NCBI RefSeq assembly: GCF_964355755.1
Contig: NC_092672.1
Location: 10,602,001-10,666,000 of the forward strand
DNA length: 64,000 nucleotides
Reading direction: 5' to 3'
Source of the DNA: Antedon mediterranea
Lineage: Eukaryota; Animalia; Echinodermata
Shown: piece by piece, positions 1 to 11,646 of the stretch
How the letters are laid out: each line of letters starts with the position of its first letter
Numbering within the stretch: position 1 is the stretch's first letter
Notes under the pieces: generated by a model
The model's database searches: none
What the model was told of the DNA's origin: nothing
What the model saw: the letters and a program-made list of their open reading frames with translations, nothing else
Made by a program: the position numbers and the translations under genes

Positions 1-870
1 ATTTTTTTGTAAAATGTCTCATTACAGCAAAAATAAATATATACATTTTAAATATTTTAGTGAAAAAATCAACACTCTAGCATTAGCGGTTTTCGAGATA
101 TGGCAACGCTGTAATTTCACTCCCTAATTTGCATATTTAATATTACTTGCACTACTAATTTGCATACTTTCGAGGTGCGTGACGAAGTTGTGATTTTAGG
201 AATTATAATACAGTTCTAAAGTGGGTATTGAAAAACAATATCCAAGTCATTGAGTCCAAAACAAAGTCTCTACAGACATTTAAGTTTTCATATAATTATA
301 TGTAATATTGAGAAATGGGGTTGAGGGTCAAATGTCATAGTTCCGGGCATTTTTTTGTAAAATGTCTCATTACAGCAAAAATAAATATATACATTTTAAA
401 TATTTTAGTGAAAAAATCAACACTCTAGCATTAGCGGTTTTCGAGATATGGCAACGCTGTAATTTCACTCCCTAATTTGCATATTTAATATTACTTGCAC
501 TACTAATTTGCATACTTTCGAGGTGCGTGACGAAGTTGTGATTTTAGGAATTATAATACAGTTCTAAAGTGGGTATTGAAAAACAATATCCAAGTCATTG
601 AGTCCAAAATAAAGTCTCTACAGACATTTTAATCACATATTTATGTAAATATTGATAAATGGGGTCAAGGGTCAAAATTTGGTACTTCCGGACATTTTTA
701 TGTAAAATGTCTCATTAGAGAAAATATAAATATATATATTCTGAACCAGACTGTGCAAAAATGAACTCTCTACGATTAGTAGTTTTTAAGATATGGTAAC
801 CCTGTAATTTCACCATAATTTGCATATTTAAGCTAATTTGCATACCTTCGTGATGAGTGTCAGAGGTGTG
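1..870. repeat. Tandem repeat, ~348-bp unit (2 near-identical copies plus a diverged third), running off the window start
   Basis: ATTTTTTTGTAAAATGTCTCATTACAGC starts at 1 and again at 349; diverged copy from ~694. Confidence 0.85.
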
Positions 871-1540
871 ATGCTCAAAAAATAATCACCTTATCATATG
901 TAACCATTTAAAAAAAAAAATCTCTGTTTGCAATTTGTTTCACTCAAAATGCTAGGTTGACTAGCCTATTAGTGTGTAAATAATACAATGGAAGAATACG
1001 GCCAATAATAAAAAATATAACAGATGTTGGTCCAAAGATTATTTAACTTTCTGTAACGTAGGCCTACGTAAGCCAGGCCCTAGTTAGCATAGTTCTAGCA
1101 GGAACACGTGCGCGCGCCTGGTGCTAGCTCATACAGTAGGCCTAATAGATTTTCTTTCTGTAGAATGGCCATCACGATCGGGTAGTTATTAGCACAGAGT
1201 GGTGTTAGGCAAAAATATAAGTTTTATGCATCGTAAATAAAAAAATGTGCGCGCATGGCATGTTTCGTCGGCGGTGCCCGCCATTTTTTTTTTCTAAAAA
1301 AAGTGCAACCTCTATTTTATGAAGACAGTAATCTTTAAATATTGCGCCTTTTCACTGTGGCCTTTCACACAGAAAACATTACCGTAATATTACCTTCTGT
1401 GTGAATAGGTCTAGAGCGATTTGAAGTGATCATCGAGTACGGCGTTGTTGCCTTGTAGACTTTCATGCTTTTAGCATGATTTTGAGCAGTATGTGGTTCA
1501 AATTTAACACTTATGTTATATTATAATTTATATCGATAAA

Positions 1541-1691
1541 CGCTAATGTAGAACAATTCACCGCTAATGTCGAAACAACCGCATGTAGATTGAACAATCC
1601 ACCGCTTATGTAGTGTATCTTTACTACATTAGCAGTGAATTGTTCTACATTAACTGTTGTTTCGACATTAGCTGGCGTTTTCTACATTAGA
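1541..1691. repeat. Small foldback/MITE-like element made of GCTAATGTAGAACAA-type subrepeats in inverted arrangement
   Basis: GCTAATGTAGAACAATTCACCGCTAATGTCGAAACAAC is mirrored by ACATTAGCAGTGAATTGTTCTACATTA and GTTGTTTCGACATTAGC. Confidence 0.55.
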
Positions 1692-1819
1692 GGTTGTAAC
1701 AAGGCCTAAACTGGTGGCAAGGATACAGTGATATTAATGTGTTTGAATAATGTGAATACAATAAAGGAGAAACAATTAACAACATATTAATATAAAGGTA
1801 TATGTCTCTTCTCTCACAG

Positions 1820-2828
1820 GCATTCTGAATTTTTCAGCATCTGTTGCCTTGTTGGTTATATCGAGACCTGCAAGCCAATTGATACTTTTTCTTCGTGTGC
1901 TGATTTACTAAAAAAAGAAGTTCTCCGGATTTTAATGATGATTATTGGAATATCATCATTAATTGGCAACATCATTGTTATTGTATCACGGAGGGTGAAC
2001 AAAGACAACACTGTCGATTCTATCCTAATCAGCAATCTGGCAGTTTCTGACATGCTAATGGCGATTTACTTAATAATCATTGCTGGTGCGGATTTACACT
2101 ACAGAGGAAAGTACGCGACATTTGCAAGAAAGTGGAAGAGTAGTTTTCTTTGCAGCTTTGCGGGTGCAATTTCCACTCTATCGGGTGAATGTTCGGTAAC
2201 TACATTAATGGTTATGAGCATCGATCGCGCTATAAACATCGTTTATCCATTTAGCACTAAACGTCTCAACCGTACAAAATGTAGATACTATATCTGCATT
2301 GCTTGGCTGGTTTGGATTTCTATCAGTTTCCTTCCATTAATCAACAGACGCCTTATCGACATCGAATACTTTGGTGACTACTACTATGGACAGCAGAGTG
2401 TGTGTCTTGCTTTACCACTGACACGAAGCCGATGGCCAGGCTGGGAGTATGCTACTGCCGTATTTATTGCCTTTAACAGTTTGGGGTTTATCGTGATCGC
2501 AAGTAGTTACCTAGCGATCTTCTTTTCGGTTAGGAGATCAGCATCCACTGCTAAAAGACGTCAGAAAAGAGAGGAACAAATCAGAATCGCCAAGAAGCTA
2601 GCGTTCATAATTTTTACCGATTTCTGTTGCTGGTGTCCAGTTATTGTGATGGCGATTGGTTCAGAGATGCGCTTGTTGGATATTGATGATGACATATATG
2701 TTTGGTCAGCAACTTTTATCCTGCCGATCAACTCAGCCGTCAACCCCTATCTTTACACAATCGTTTCGTTGTGTGACAAAAAGTTTCGAAAAAAGGATGA
2801 GTTAAATTTAGTAAAAGTTAGTTATTAG
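1820..2828 (+). CDS. Terminal exon (hinge + 7TM) of a leucine-rich-repeat GPCR, GRL101/relaxin receptor (RXFP)-like; upstream exons not identified in the window
   Basis: Acceptor ctctcacAG at 1818-1819. In-frame hinge HSEFFSICCLVGYIETCKPIDTFSSCADLL, then LGR-type 7TM motifs NLAVSD, IIAGAD, SIDR, VCLALP, FTDFCCWCP, LPINSAVNPYLY; stop TAG at 2826-2828. Confidence 0.9.
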
Positions 2829-2896
2829 TCTAGTGGGAATCAAGATGTAGCTTAGCATTCTCATTTGATTTGTGTTTTGAAATGTGGGTCTAGAAT

Positions 2897-5800
2897 GTTA
2901 CCGCCTGGTCTTTTACACCTGGAGTTTTGCCACCTGGTCTTTTAGCACCGGGAATTTACCACCTGGTTTTTTAACACCGGGAATTTATCATTGGGTTTTT
3001 TAAACCTGAAATTTCACCACCTGCCCCTTTAGCACATAGAATTTACCACCTGGTATTTAACACTGAAGATTTACCACCTGGTCTTTTACAGTAGCATTTA
3101 ACACCTGGTCTTTTAAACCGGAAATTTCACCCCCTGGTATTTTAGCACCGAGAATTTACCACCTGGTATTTAACACCGGAGATTTACCACCTGGTCTTTT
3201 ACAGTAGCATTTAACACCTGGTCTTTTAAACCGGAATTTTCACCACCTGGGAATTTTGTAGAAACTGCAATTTTTTTTCGCCTGGTCTTTTAGTACATGG
3301 AATATAAACACCTGGAATTTTACCACCTGGTCTTTTGGCACCTGTTATTTTTTCGCTTAGTTGTTTAGCACCCAAACATTTTACCTCCTAGTCATTTAGC
3401 ACCTGGAATGTTTACCACCTGATATTTTAACGTCTTAGCACCTGTAACGTTGCCGCCTGGTATTTTAACACATAGCATTTTACTGCTTGGTCTTATCACC
3501 TGTAACGTTGCCGCCTGGTATTTTAGTACCTGGCATTTTACTGCTTGGTCTTAGCACCTGTAACGTTGCCGCCTGGTATTTTAGTACCTGGCATTGTACT
3601 GCTTGGTCTTAGCACCTGTAACGTTGCCGCCTGGTATTTTAGTGCCTGGAATTGTACTGCTTGGTCTTAGCACCTGTAACGTTGCCGCCTGGTATTTTAA
3701 CACCTGGAATTGTACTGATTGGTCTTAGCACCTGTAACGTTGCCGCCTGGTATTTTAGTACCTGGCATTGTACTGCTTGGTCTTAGCACCTGTAACGTTG
3801 CCGCCTGGTATTTTAACACCTGGAATTGTACTGCTTGGTCTTAGCACCTGTAACGTTGCCGCCTGGTATTTTAGTACCTGGCATTGTACTGCTTGGTCTT
3901 AGCACCTGTAACGTTGCCGCCTGGTATTTTAACACCTGACATTTTACTGCTTGGTCTTAGCACCTGTAACGTTGCCGCCTGGTATTTTAGTACCTGGAAT
4001 TGTACTGCTTGGTCTTAGCACCTGTAACGTTGTCGCCTGGTATTTTAACACCTGGCATTTTACTGCTTGGTCTTAGCACCTGTAATGTTGCCGCCTGGTA
4101 TTTTAGTACCTGGAAATGTACTGCTTGGTCTTAGCACCTGTAACGTTGCCGCCTGGTATTTTAGTACCTGGTATTGTACTGCTTGGTCTTAGCACCTGTA
4201 ACGTTGCCGCCTGGTATTTTAATACCTGGAATCGTACTGCTTGGTCTTAGCACCTGTAACGTTGCCGCCTGGTTTTTTAACACCTGGCATTTTACTGCTT
4301 GGTCTTAGCACATGTAACGTTGCCGCCTGGTATTTTAACACCTGGCATTTTACTGCTTGGTCTTAGCACCTGTAACGTTGCCGCCTGGTATTTTAACACC
4401 TGGAATTGTACTGCTTGGTCTTAGCACATGTAACGTTGCCGCCTGGTATTTTAACACCTGGCATTTTACTGCTTGATCTTAGCACCTGTAACGTTGTCGC
4501 CTGGTATTTTAGTACCTGGAATTGTACTGCTTGGTTTTAGCACCTGTAACGTTGCCGCCTGGTATTTTAACACCTGGCATTTTACTGCTTGGTCTTAGCA
4601 CCTGTAATGTTGCCGCCTGGTATTTTAGTACCTGGAATTGTACTGCTTGGTCTTAGCACCTGTAACGTTGCCGCCTGGTATTTTAGTACCTGGCATTGTA
4701 CTGCTTGGTCTTAGCACCTGTAACGTTGCCGCCTTGTATTTTAATACCTGGAATCGTACTGCTTGGTCTTAGCACCTGTAACGTTGCCGCCTGGTTTTTT
4801 AACACCTGGCATTTTACTGCTTGGTCTTAGCACATGTAACGTTGCCGCCTGGTATTTTAACACCTGGCATTTTACTGCTTGGTCTTAGCACCTGTAACGT
4901 TGCCGCCTGGTATTTTAACACCTGGCATTTTACTGCTTGGTTTTAGCACCTGTAACGTTGCCGCCTGGTATTTTAACACCTGGAATTGTACTGATTGGTC
5001 TTAGCACCTGTTACGTTGCCGCCTGGTATTTTAACACCTGGCATTTTACTGCTTGGTCTTAGCACCTGTAACGTTGCTGCCTGTTATTTTAGTACCTGGA
5101 ATTGTACTGCTTGGTCTTAGCACCTGTAACGTTGCCGCCTGGTATTTTAGTACCTGGCATTGGACTGCTTGGTCTTAGCACCTGTGACGTTGCCGCCTGG
5201 TATTTTAACACCTGGAATTGTACTGCTTGGTCTTAGCACCTGTAACGTTGCCGCCTGGTATTTTAGTACCTGGAATTGTACTGCTTGGTCTTAGCACCTG
5301 TAACGTTGCCGCCTGGTATTTTAATACCTGGAATCGTACTGCTTGGTCTTAGCACCTGTAACGTTGCTGCCTGGTATTTTAGTACCTGGAATTGTACTGC
5401 TTGGTCTTAGCACCTGTAACGTTGCCGCCTGGTATTTTAATACCTGGAATTGTACTGCTTGGTCTTAGCACCTGTAACGTTGCCGCCTGGTATTTTAGTA
5501 CCTGAAATTGTACTGCTTGGTCTTAGCACCTGTAATGCTGCCGCCTGGTATTTTAATACGTGGAATCGTAATGCTTGGTCTTAGCATCTGTAACGTTGCC
5601 GCCTGGTATTTTAACACCTGGCATTTTACTGCTTGGTCTTAGCACCTGTAACGTTGCTGCCTGGTATTTTAACACCTGGCATTTTACTGCTTGGTCTTAG
5701 CACCTGTAACGTTGCCGCCTGGTATTTTAATACCAGGAATTGTACTGCTTGGTCTTAGCACCTGTAACGTTGCCGCCTGGTATTTTAACACCTGGCATTT

Positions 5801-6268
5801 TACTGCTTGGTCTTAGCACCTGTAACGTTGCCGCCTGGTATTTTAGTACCTGGAATTGTACTGCTTGGTCTTTAGCAGCTGTAACGTTGCCGCCTGGTAT
5901 TTTAGTACCTGGAATTGTACTGATTGGTCTTAGCACCTGTAACGTTGCCGCCTGGTATTTTAACACCTGGCATTTTACTGCTTGGTCTTAGCACCTGTAA
6001 CGTTGCCGCCTGGTATTTTAGTACCTGGAATTGTACTGCTTGGTCTTAGCACCTGTAACGTTGCCGCCTGGTATTTTAACACCTGGAATTGTAATGCTTG
6101 GTCCTAGCACCTGTAACGTTGCCGCCTGGTATTTTAACACCTAGCATTTTACTGCTTGATCTTAGCACCTGTAACGTTGCCGCCTGGTATTTTAACACCT
6201 GGAATTGTACTGCTTGGTCTTAGCACCTGTAACGTTGCCGCCTGGTGTTTTAGTACCTGGAATTGTAC
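2897..6268. repeat. Satellite: degenerate ~29-bp monomers (2897-3434) followed by ~49 homogeneous 58-bp units (3435-6268)
   Basis: Unit TTAGCACCTGTAACGTTGCCGCCTGGTATTTTAACACCTGGCATTTTACTGCTTGGTC; phase shifts 2 nt per 60-nt line. Confidence 0.95.
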
Positions 6269-6559
6269 ATCTTGTATTTGCATTTTGTAACACTCAATTC
6301 TTTTTTCCAACCGATATATTATACCATATTTCTATTCTATATTTTACCTTCGATTTGTATAATTTCATTTCGGATTCGATTTTATTTATTCTCAGTTTAT
6401 GTAAAATGTATTTAACATTAATTTTTTTAACCATAATGTTTTGTAACATCATTATAATTATATATGTCTATATTTCTGATCAAGGCTATCAACATTGTTC
6501 TCGTTTAATAAACCTGATTAAAATTCTGATTTTTTTTAGGTTATTTTGTAGAAAAAAAA

Positions 6560-6800
6560 TGTAAAAAAAATTATGTTTTCACAAATGACAAAATAAATGG
6601 TTACAAATTCAACCCCAAGAACCCATTGGCTGGCAGCTAATTTTACTATTTGTTGCTTTAAATTACAGTTTTTTTCGGGTAAATAATTTTGTTTCTATCC
6701 AATTTCTGGTCAAAGTGAATAACTATTATGTGACATTAAAATGGCATATCTAACAAAAACAAGCTTAAGAATTTGTTTTAAGAGGTCAATACATCTTTAT
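6560..6800 (+). mobile_element. Partial copy of the AGATGTATTGTC-TIR MITE family
   Basis: Ends in CAATACATCTTTA; internal sequence resembles 51835-51950. Confidence 0.45.
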
Positions 6801-7522
6801 TAATTTCGTTTTGATTTGTAGATTTAGATATATAAATTATAATTAAAAACATTTTTTAAGATGTTAAAAGATTTGTAAGATTTAAACAAGCACATGGTTG
6901 ATTTCAGTTATGTACAAAATTAGTATATTAAAAGAAACATCAAATTATTATCTATTTTAAATTGAATAGCTAATTTATAGGTGATTAAAAAGGTAAATAT
7001 TACATGCATATTTAACTATTTCTTTGAAAGAATAATGTGAATGATGACGTCTGATTACCGTAATGCATGTAATGAGAAATTATGAATGACGTCATAAGTA
7101 ATCAAAGTACAAGGAAGGAAATGTTTTCAATTAATATTAATTAACACAAGAATTTATCAATAAAGTAGATTTTAAAATTCAGATGATGTTATCGTTTTTG
7201 TTAAATGTATTTGTACCATATGGCATACGCGGTCAGCAGAGAAATTTTCCGTCAGCCGCAGGCTTATGTATAATGAGCAAATTAAATTCACTCAGTGAAG
7301 CTATTCTTAGTCGTTCTACCGTTCAATCTTCTGAACAAGATGTCACTGTTTCACCACAAAGCGTTAGCCACGATCGAATTGATATGGTGTTGCAATAACG
7401 GAATCAGGCCATTCCTTGCTAGATGGTAAGGGTGTGGTGGAGATTGGAGACGTGATAAGAGTGGATTGACCTAAATAACCATACGAAAGCCCGTTAAGGC
7501 CACTAATTATATTTTAAAAGCT

Positions 7523-7600
7523 ATTATCTGGCGGCCGCCACACAATTATCTGGCGGCCGCCACACAATTATCTGGCGGCCGCCACACAATTATCTGGCGG
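7523..7600. repeat. 22-bp minisatellite, ~3.5 copies
   Basis: ATTATCTGGCGGCCGCCACACA in tandem, each with palindrome TGGCGGCCGCCA. Confidence 0.9.
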
Positions 7601-8781
7601 CGGACGGCACATTTAAATGGCGGATGCCAATTAATTAGAGATCTGCGATACGAAATGGAAAATATGGAAAGGCCATAAATGTTTTGTAATCGTACAACGA
7701 CAATAGGTAATACGTGGTGATCCACATGCGATCTCAAGGTTCATAGAATTTACCTAGATACAGAAGTTGAGACAATAATAAGACCAATGCAATCAAACAA
7801 CAGACAAAATAGAATCACTTGTTATTTTTAATTTTGTAGTCAATAATTAATTGCATGGTATTCGAGAAAATTTTGTGTCGTCTCCATCGTTACCATCATA
7901 AATGATAACAATTTTCGCGACAAGCATAACATTTTTTAATTAAAGAGATTATGATTAAATGCAGTATAAACCAAATAGAAACACGTTAATTAAAAAGTAA
8001 GTCGATGAGTGACTACTGTCGTCCTGTAAATTAGATCTTATAATGATACTTGCGGATGTACCGTACGTTCTACATGTTTGTTTTACATAATTTCAGCACG
8101 CTAAAGGCATAAATCACCATGATCGACGTAGAAAAGTATGTCCCTAATTTAGTAAGTAAGTTAGGTTTTCCAAATATCAAATCGCACCTTCCGAAGTGAT
8201 TTCTTAAACTAAAATAGTATACTTGACAGGTCGTTTTGACAAATTATTTTGTTTTAAATTTCACCTTAGTGTACGTCGCCCTAATGAGAATTCATCCTTT
8301 ATTTTGAACCTAACCTAATTATGTCTATCGTTCACTTTTTACATAAGATATGTACCATTCCGTATGTTCATCTTTAGCTGTATAAGTCAATAAGTAGAAC
8401 ATTTTGAAGGAATGATTTTAATAAAGTTATTAATAAATATTCTACCGAACTCGTAACCAAAGATTAACCTGGAATGATATTATGTTTAATTACTTTATTA
8501 GCACTGTGTTAGTATATTCAACTGTAATTTATCAGTTTGTCGTTACTATAGGCCATGTCAAAATATAAATAAATTTTTGTCGGTATTTGACCTTCATACT
8601 AGATAATGAATTATTACACCAGCAATTAATTAGGGTCTTTCATATTATGTTTTACAAGTTGGTAAATTAATCAATAATCAATTTCTGCTACACAGGCCCG
8701 TAAAGCATGGGTGATTAAAGGGAATGTTTATACAAATGATAATAAGTATGGATACGTTCTAAAACTATGGAGATGTAGAGA

Positions 8782-9235
8782 GATGTACCGACCTCTCCCT
8801 TCTCCTACCATCGGTAGAATGATGTACCGACCTCTACCTTCTCCTACCATCGGTAGAATGATGTACCGACCTCTACCTTCTCCTGTCATCGGTAGAATGA
8901 TGTACCGACCTCTCCCTTCTCCTACCATCGGTAGAATGATGTACCGACCTCTACCTTCTCCTGTCATCGGTAGAATGATGTACCCTTCTCCTACCATCGG
9001 TAGAATGATGTACCGACCTCTACCTTCTCCTGTCATCGGTAGAATGATGTACCGACCCCTCCCTTCTCCTACCATCGGTAGAATGATGTACCGACCGCTC
9101 CCTTCTCCTACCATCGGTAGAATGATGTACCGACCGCTCCCTTCTCCTGCCATCGGTAGAATGATGTACCGACCGCTCCCTTCTCCTACCATCGGTAGAA
9201 TGATGTACCGACCGCTCCCTTCTCCTACCATCGGT
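8782..9235. repeat. 39-bp minisatellite, ~12 copies, just downstream of the minus-strand GPCR stop
   Basis: GATGTACCGACCTCTCCCTTCTCCTACCATCGGTAGAAT in tandem; one unit carries a 9-bp deletion. Confidence 0.95.
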
Positions 9236-9358
9236 CTTCCAAAGGAATAAAAACAAACTAACTAGAACATGCCCATTTACCCTCCACCTTTCCGATAAAA
9301 CAACTTGTTGGCACACGTCACCTATAGTACTGTTGCTAATAATGCCCACAAGCGGCTC

Positions 9359-11545
9359 TCATTTTGTTCGTAAATAATTACGAAAACGTCGAACGCTGTG
9401 GCACAGCTTCAATGTCGAGGAACAATCTTTACGAAAACGTGCATTTAGAAAACTGTAAACGACAGGATTGCAAGCCATATTTATTATGTATAAAGATTTC
9501 AGAAACAGAAATAAATCGTTTGTTTCTCCCGTTGCATACTCAACAAGAGAACAGATGAAATATGGCAACCATGTTGCTATGAAAATCATACTGACAAATA
9601 GTAGCATTGTTGTTGTACGCCCAAGCGTTTGAGGTGACGTTTTACCCGAGTTCCGACGAAAACCATACGAAGAGGCACTCCGTACATTCGGGATTAAACT
9701 GTTTTCGTGAAAACCATCACTGTCCACCGATGTGTTTTGCCTCTTCAATCTGCTGATCAATGTATTTGTGTTTAAAACGTTGGGCTTATTTGCAGATTTA
9801 CTAACTTCGTTTTTTAAGTCGTGTGGTTGCAATAGTTTCGTTTTATAAAGTGGTATTATATCCGAGTCTCCGTGATTCACTTGTCCAATATTAGTCTTCT
9901 GCTTTGACTTTCTTCCATGTGAACCTATAAGATCTCTGTTTGACAAGTGATCAATGACACTATCACTTCGCGTAACCACAACACTTCCTGCCAGTGCAGA
10001 CATACGAGCAAGACTCCAAAATGTACCTTTCGTTGGCCTTTCTTCTGATAACTCGTTGGAAACATTTTCAGTCGAAGTGTTTTCTGTCACAGTTGTACAA
10101 TTCTCTGTTGCAACTTCAAAGATTTCTTTTGACGCAGACAAATTGTTTTTAATTTTAAGTTTTGTGGACATCCATCCCGATCCATGAGTGTCTTTCACAT
10201 TTTCTTCGCTTCCTTTTGATAAAATGTTTGTGTTCCCACTGGGAGCAAGACTTTCTGGTGAAACAATAATATTTCCAACGGACACAGAGCTATGGACAAG
10301 ATCTTCGGATGTATCCACCATGCTTGTTCCTAATCCAGACCTATATGTAAATTCCCCGTAAGCTACGCTGTTTAGTGGTGCAGTATTAAAAGTACTGCGT
10401 TGGTCTGGAGCAGCACTTTGTGTCATCAGAATACTTTCGGGAGAAATATCATCAACCAGTAGCTTTGGAACATTGACATGCGAGGATGACGGTGTTGATG
10501 TGGTTGATGTTGATGGAATGTTTTTGGATGATGAAAGGGAACTGGATACATGTTCATTGTGATGTAATTGCACAAGTGTTTCATCATCTTGTAAAACAAT
10601 TTGTCTTCCTCTTGTCAATTTGTGTTTTGACTTAGTTTGATTATTTCCAACCGATGGAGTTATGTCATTGTCGTCAGGTAATTCGCCTTTAACGGAAACT
10701 TGAACCTGAATTTTTAAAGCTGCCCATTTGTGCTTGCTGTTGCCACGTTCATTGTGACTTGCCGTTTCACGTGGAGAATTCAGTTGAGCAGATGCATTAT
10801 CGCCCGTCTTCCGAAAACCGTTTGTTTGGTTACTAGTGGGATAATTAAATGCGCGAATGACATTATTGACCGTGGCAATCTTTCCAAATTCTTTTCTGAC
10901 GTCAACTCGTCTTTTCCCCTTCAGTTTTTCCCCCACCCTGCGTTGCTGTCGAATAGTTCGATATACATGAAAATAAAGTACCAAAACCGTGGCAGAAGAC
11001 AACACGAAAATTGTAAAAGATAGAGCAAATAGAACGTTTACAAACCAATTTTCCATTTCATATGCGCATTTTTCATATACAAAAGTCAAAATCAATGTAA
11101 ATAAGACTGAGAAAAAGGTTGGAATTAAAACACATAGAAGAATAGACATTTTTGTGCACGTCGTTGTGACAATTTTTCTAAATTGATACGGACGGCAAGT
11201 GGCGACGTAACGTTCTGCGGCTATCGTAGTGGTTATCAAGATTGATGTTATGCTACAAGAAGTCGTGAACATCAAATCTAGTGTACACATCGCTAGATAG
11301 CTCTCGTCTATCATAGCTAATTTGAACGGTAAAGTCGTGCAGCAGCTGACAAGATCGACAGTGGCCAAAGCCAGAATTAACATGTGTGTGCTCGCTTTAT
11401 TTTGTTTAGCAACAAATACTCTAATGACGATGCTGTTACCAGGAATACCGATTACAAAAACTATTGAAGTGATAATAAATAAGATGATGTTTGTAGGTGC
11501 TTTAAGATGATCGCTATCGCTTCCTGAATCAGTCTGGTTTTCCAT
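9359..11545 (-). CDS. Class A (rhodopsin-like) orphan GPCR, 728 aa, single coding exon, very long third intracellular loop
   Basis: TM1 GIPGN, TM2 LATVD, TM3 ERY, TM6 FIATWLPY, TM7 NPVVY; ~450-aa S/T/N-rich loop between TM5 and TM6. Confidence 0.9.
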   Translation of the reverse strand: MENQTDSGSDSDHLKAPTNIILFIITSIVFVIGIPGNSIVIRVFVAKQNKASTHMLILALATVDLVSCCTTLPFKLAMIDESYLAMCTLDLMFTTSCSITSILITTTIAAERYVATCRPYQFRKIVTTTCTKMSILLCVLIPTFFSVLFTLILTFVYEKCAYEMENWFVNVLFALSFTIFVLSSATVLVLYFHVYRTIRQQRRVGEKLKGKRRVDVRKEFGKIATVNNVIRAFNYPTSNQTNGFRKTGDNASAQLNSPRETASHNERGNSKHKWAALKIQVQVSVKGELPDDNDITPSVGNNQTKSKHKLTRGRQIVLQDDETLVQLHHNEHVSSSLSSSKNIPSTSTTSTPSSSHVNVPKLLVDDISPESILMTQSAAPDQRSTFNTAPLNSVAYGEFTYRSGLGTSMVDTSEDLVHSSVSVGNIIVSPESLAPSGNTNILSKGSEENVKDTHGSGWMSTKLKIKNNLSASKEIFEVATENCTTVTENTSTENVSNELSEERPTKGTFWSLARMSALAGSVVVTRSDSVIDHLSNRDLIGSHGRKSKQKTNIGQVNHGDSDIIPLYKTKLLQPHDLKNEVSKSANKPNVLNTNTLISRLKRQNTSVDSDGFHENSLIPNVRSASSYGFRRNSGKTSPQTLGRTTTMLLFVSMIFIATWLPYFICSLVEYATGETNDLFLFLKSLYIINMACNPVVYSFLNARFRKDCSSTLKLCHSVRRFRNYLRTK

Positions 11546-11646
11546 GTTTTTTCGTTATGGGTTGCTATTCAAAACTAAATGAAACGTTCAAAATGCGTGT
11601 GTCACGATATCCACTGTGTCATATACAATCCGATGATAAATGTTCG

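Noticed and set aside
3435-6268. CRISPR-like regular array and ORFs 5727-5991, 6205-6564
   Set aside because: Units are contiguous with no unique spacers, no cas genes, eukaryotic context; the ORFs are repeat translations
8711-9349. Repetitive ORFs on both strands (MMYRPLPSPTIGR etc.)
   Set aside because: By-product of a 39-bp (3n) repeat lacking stops; no unique coding context
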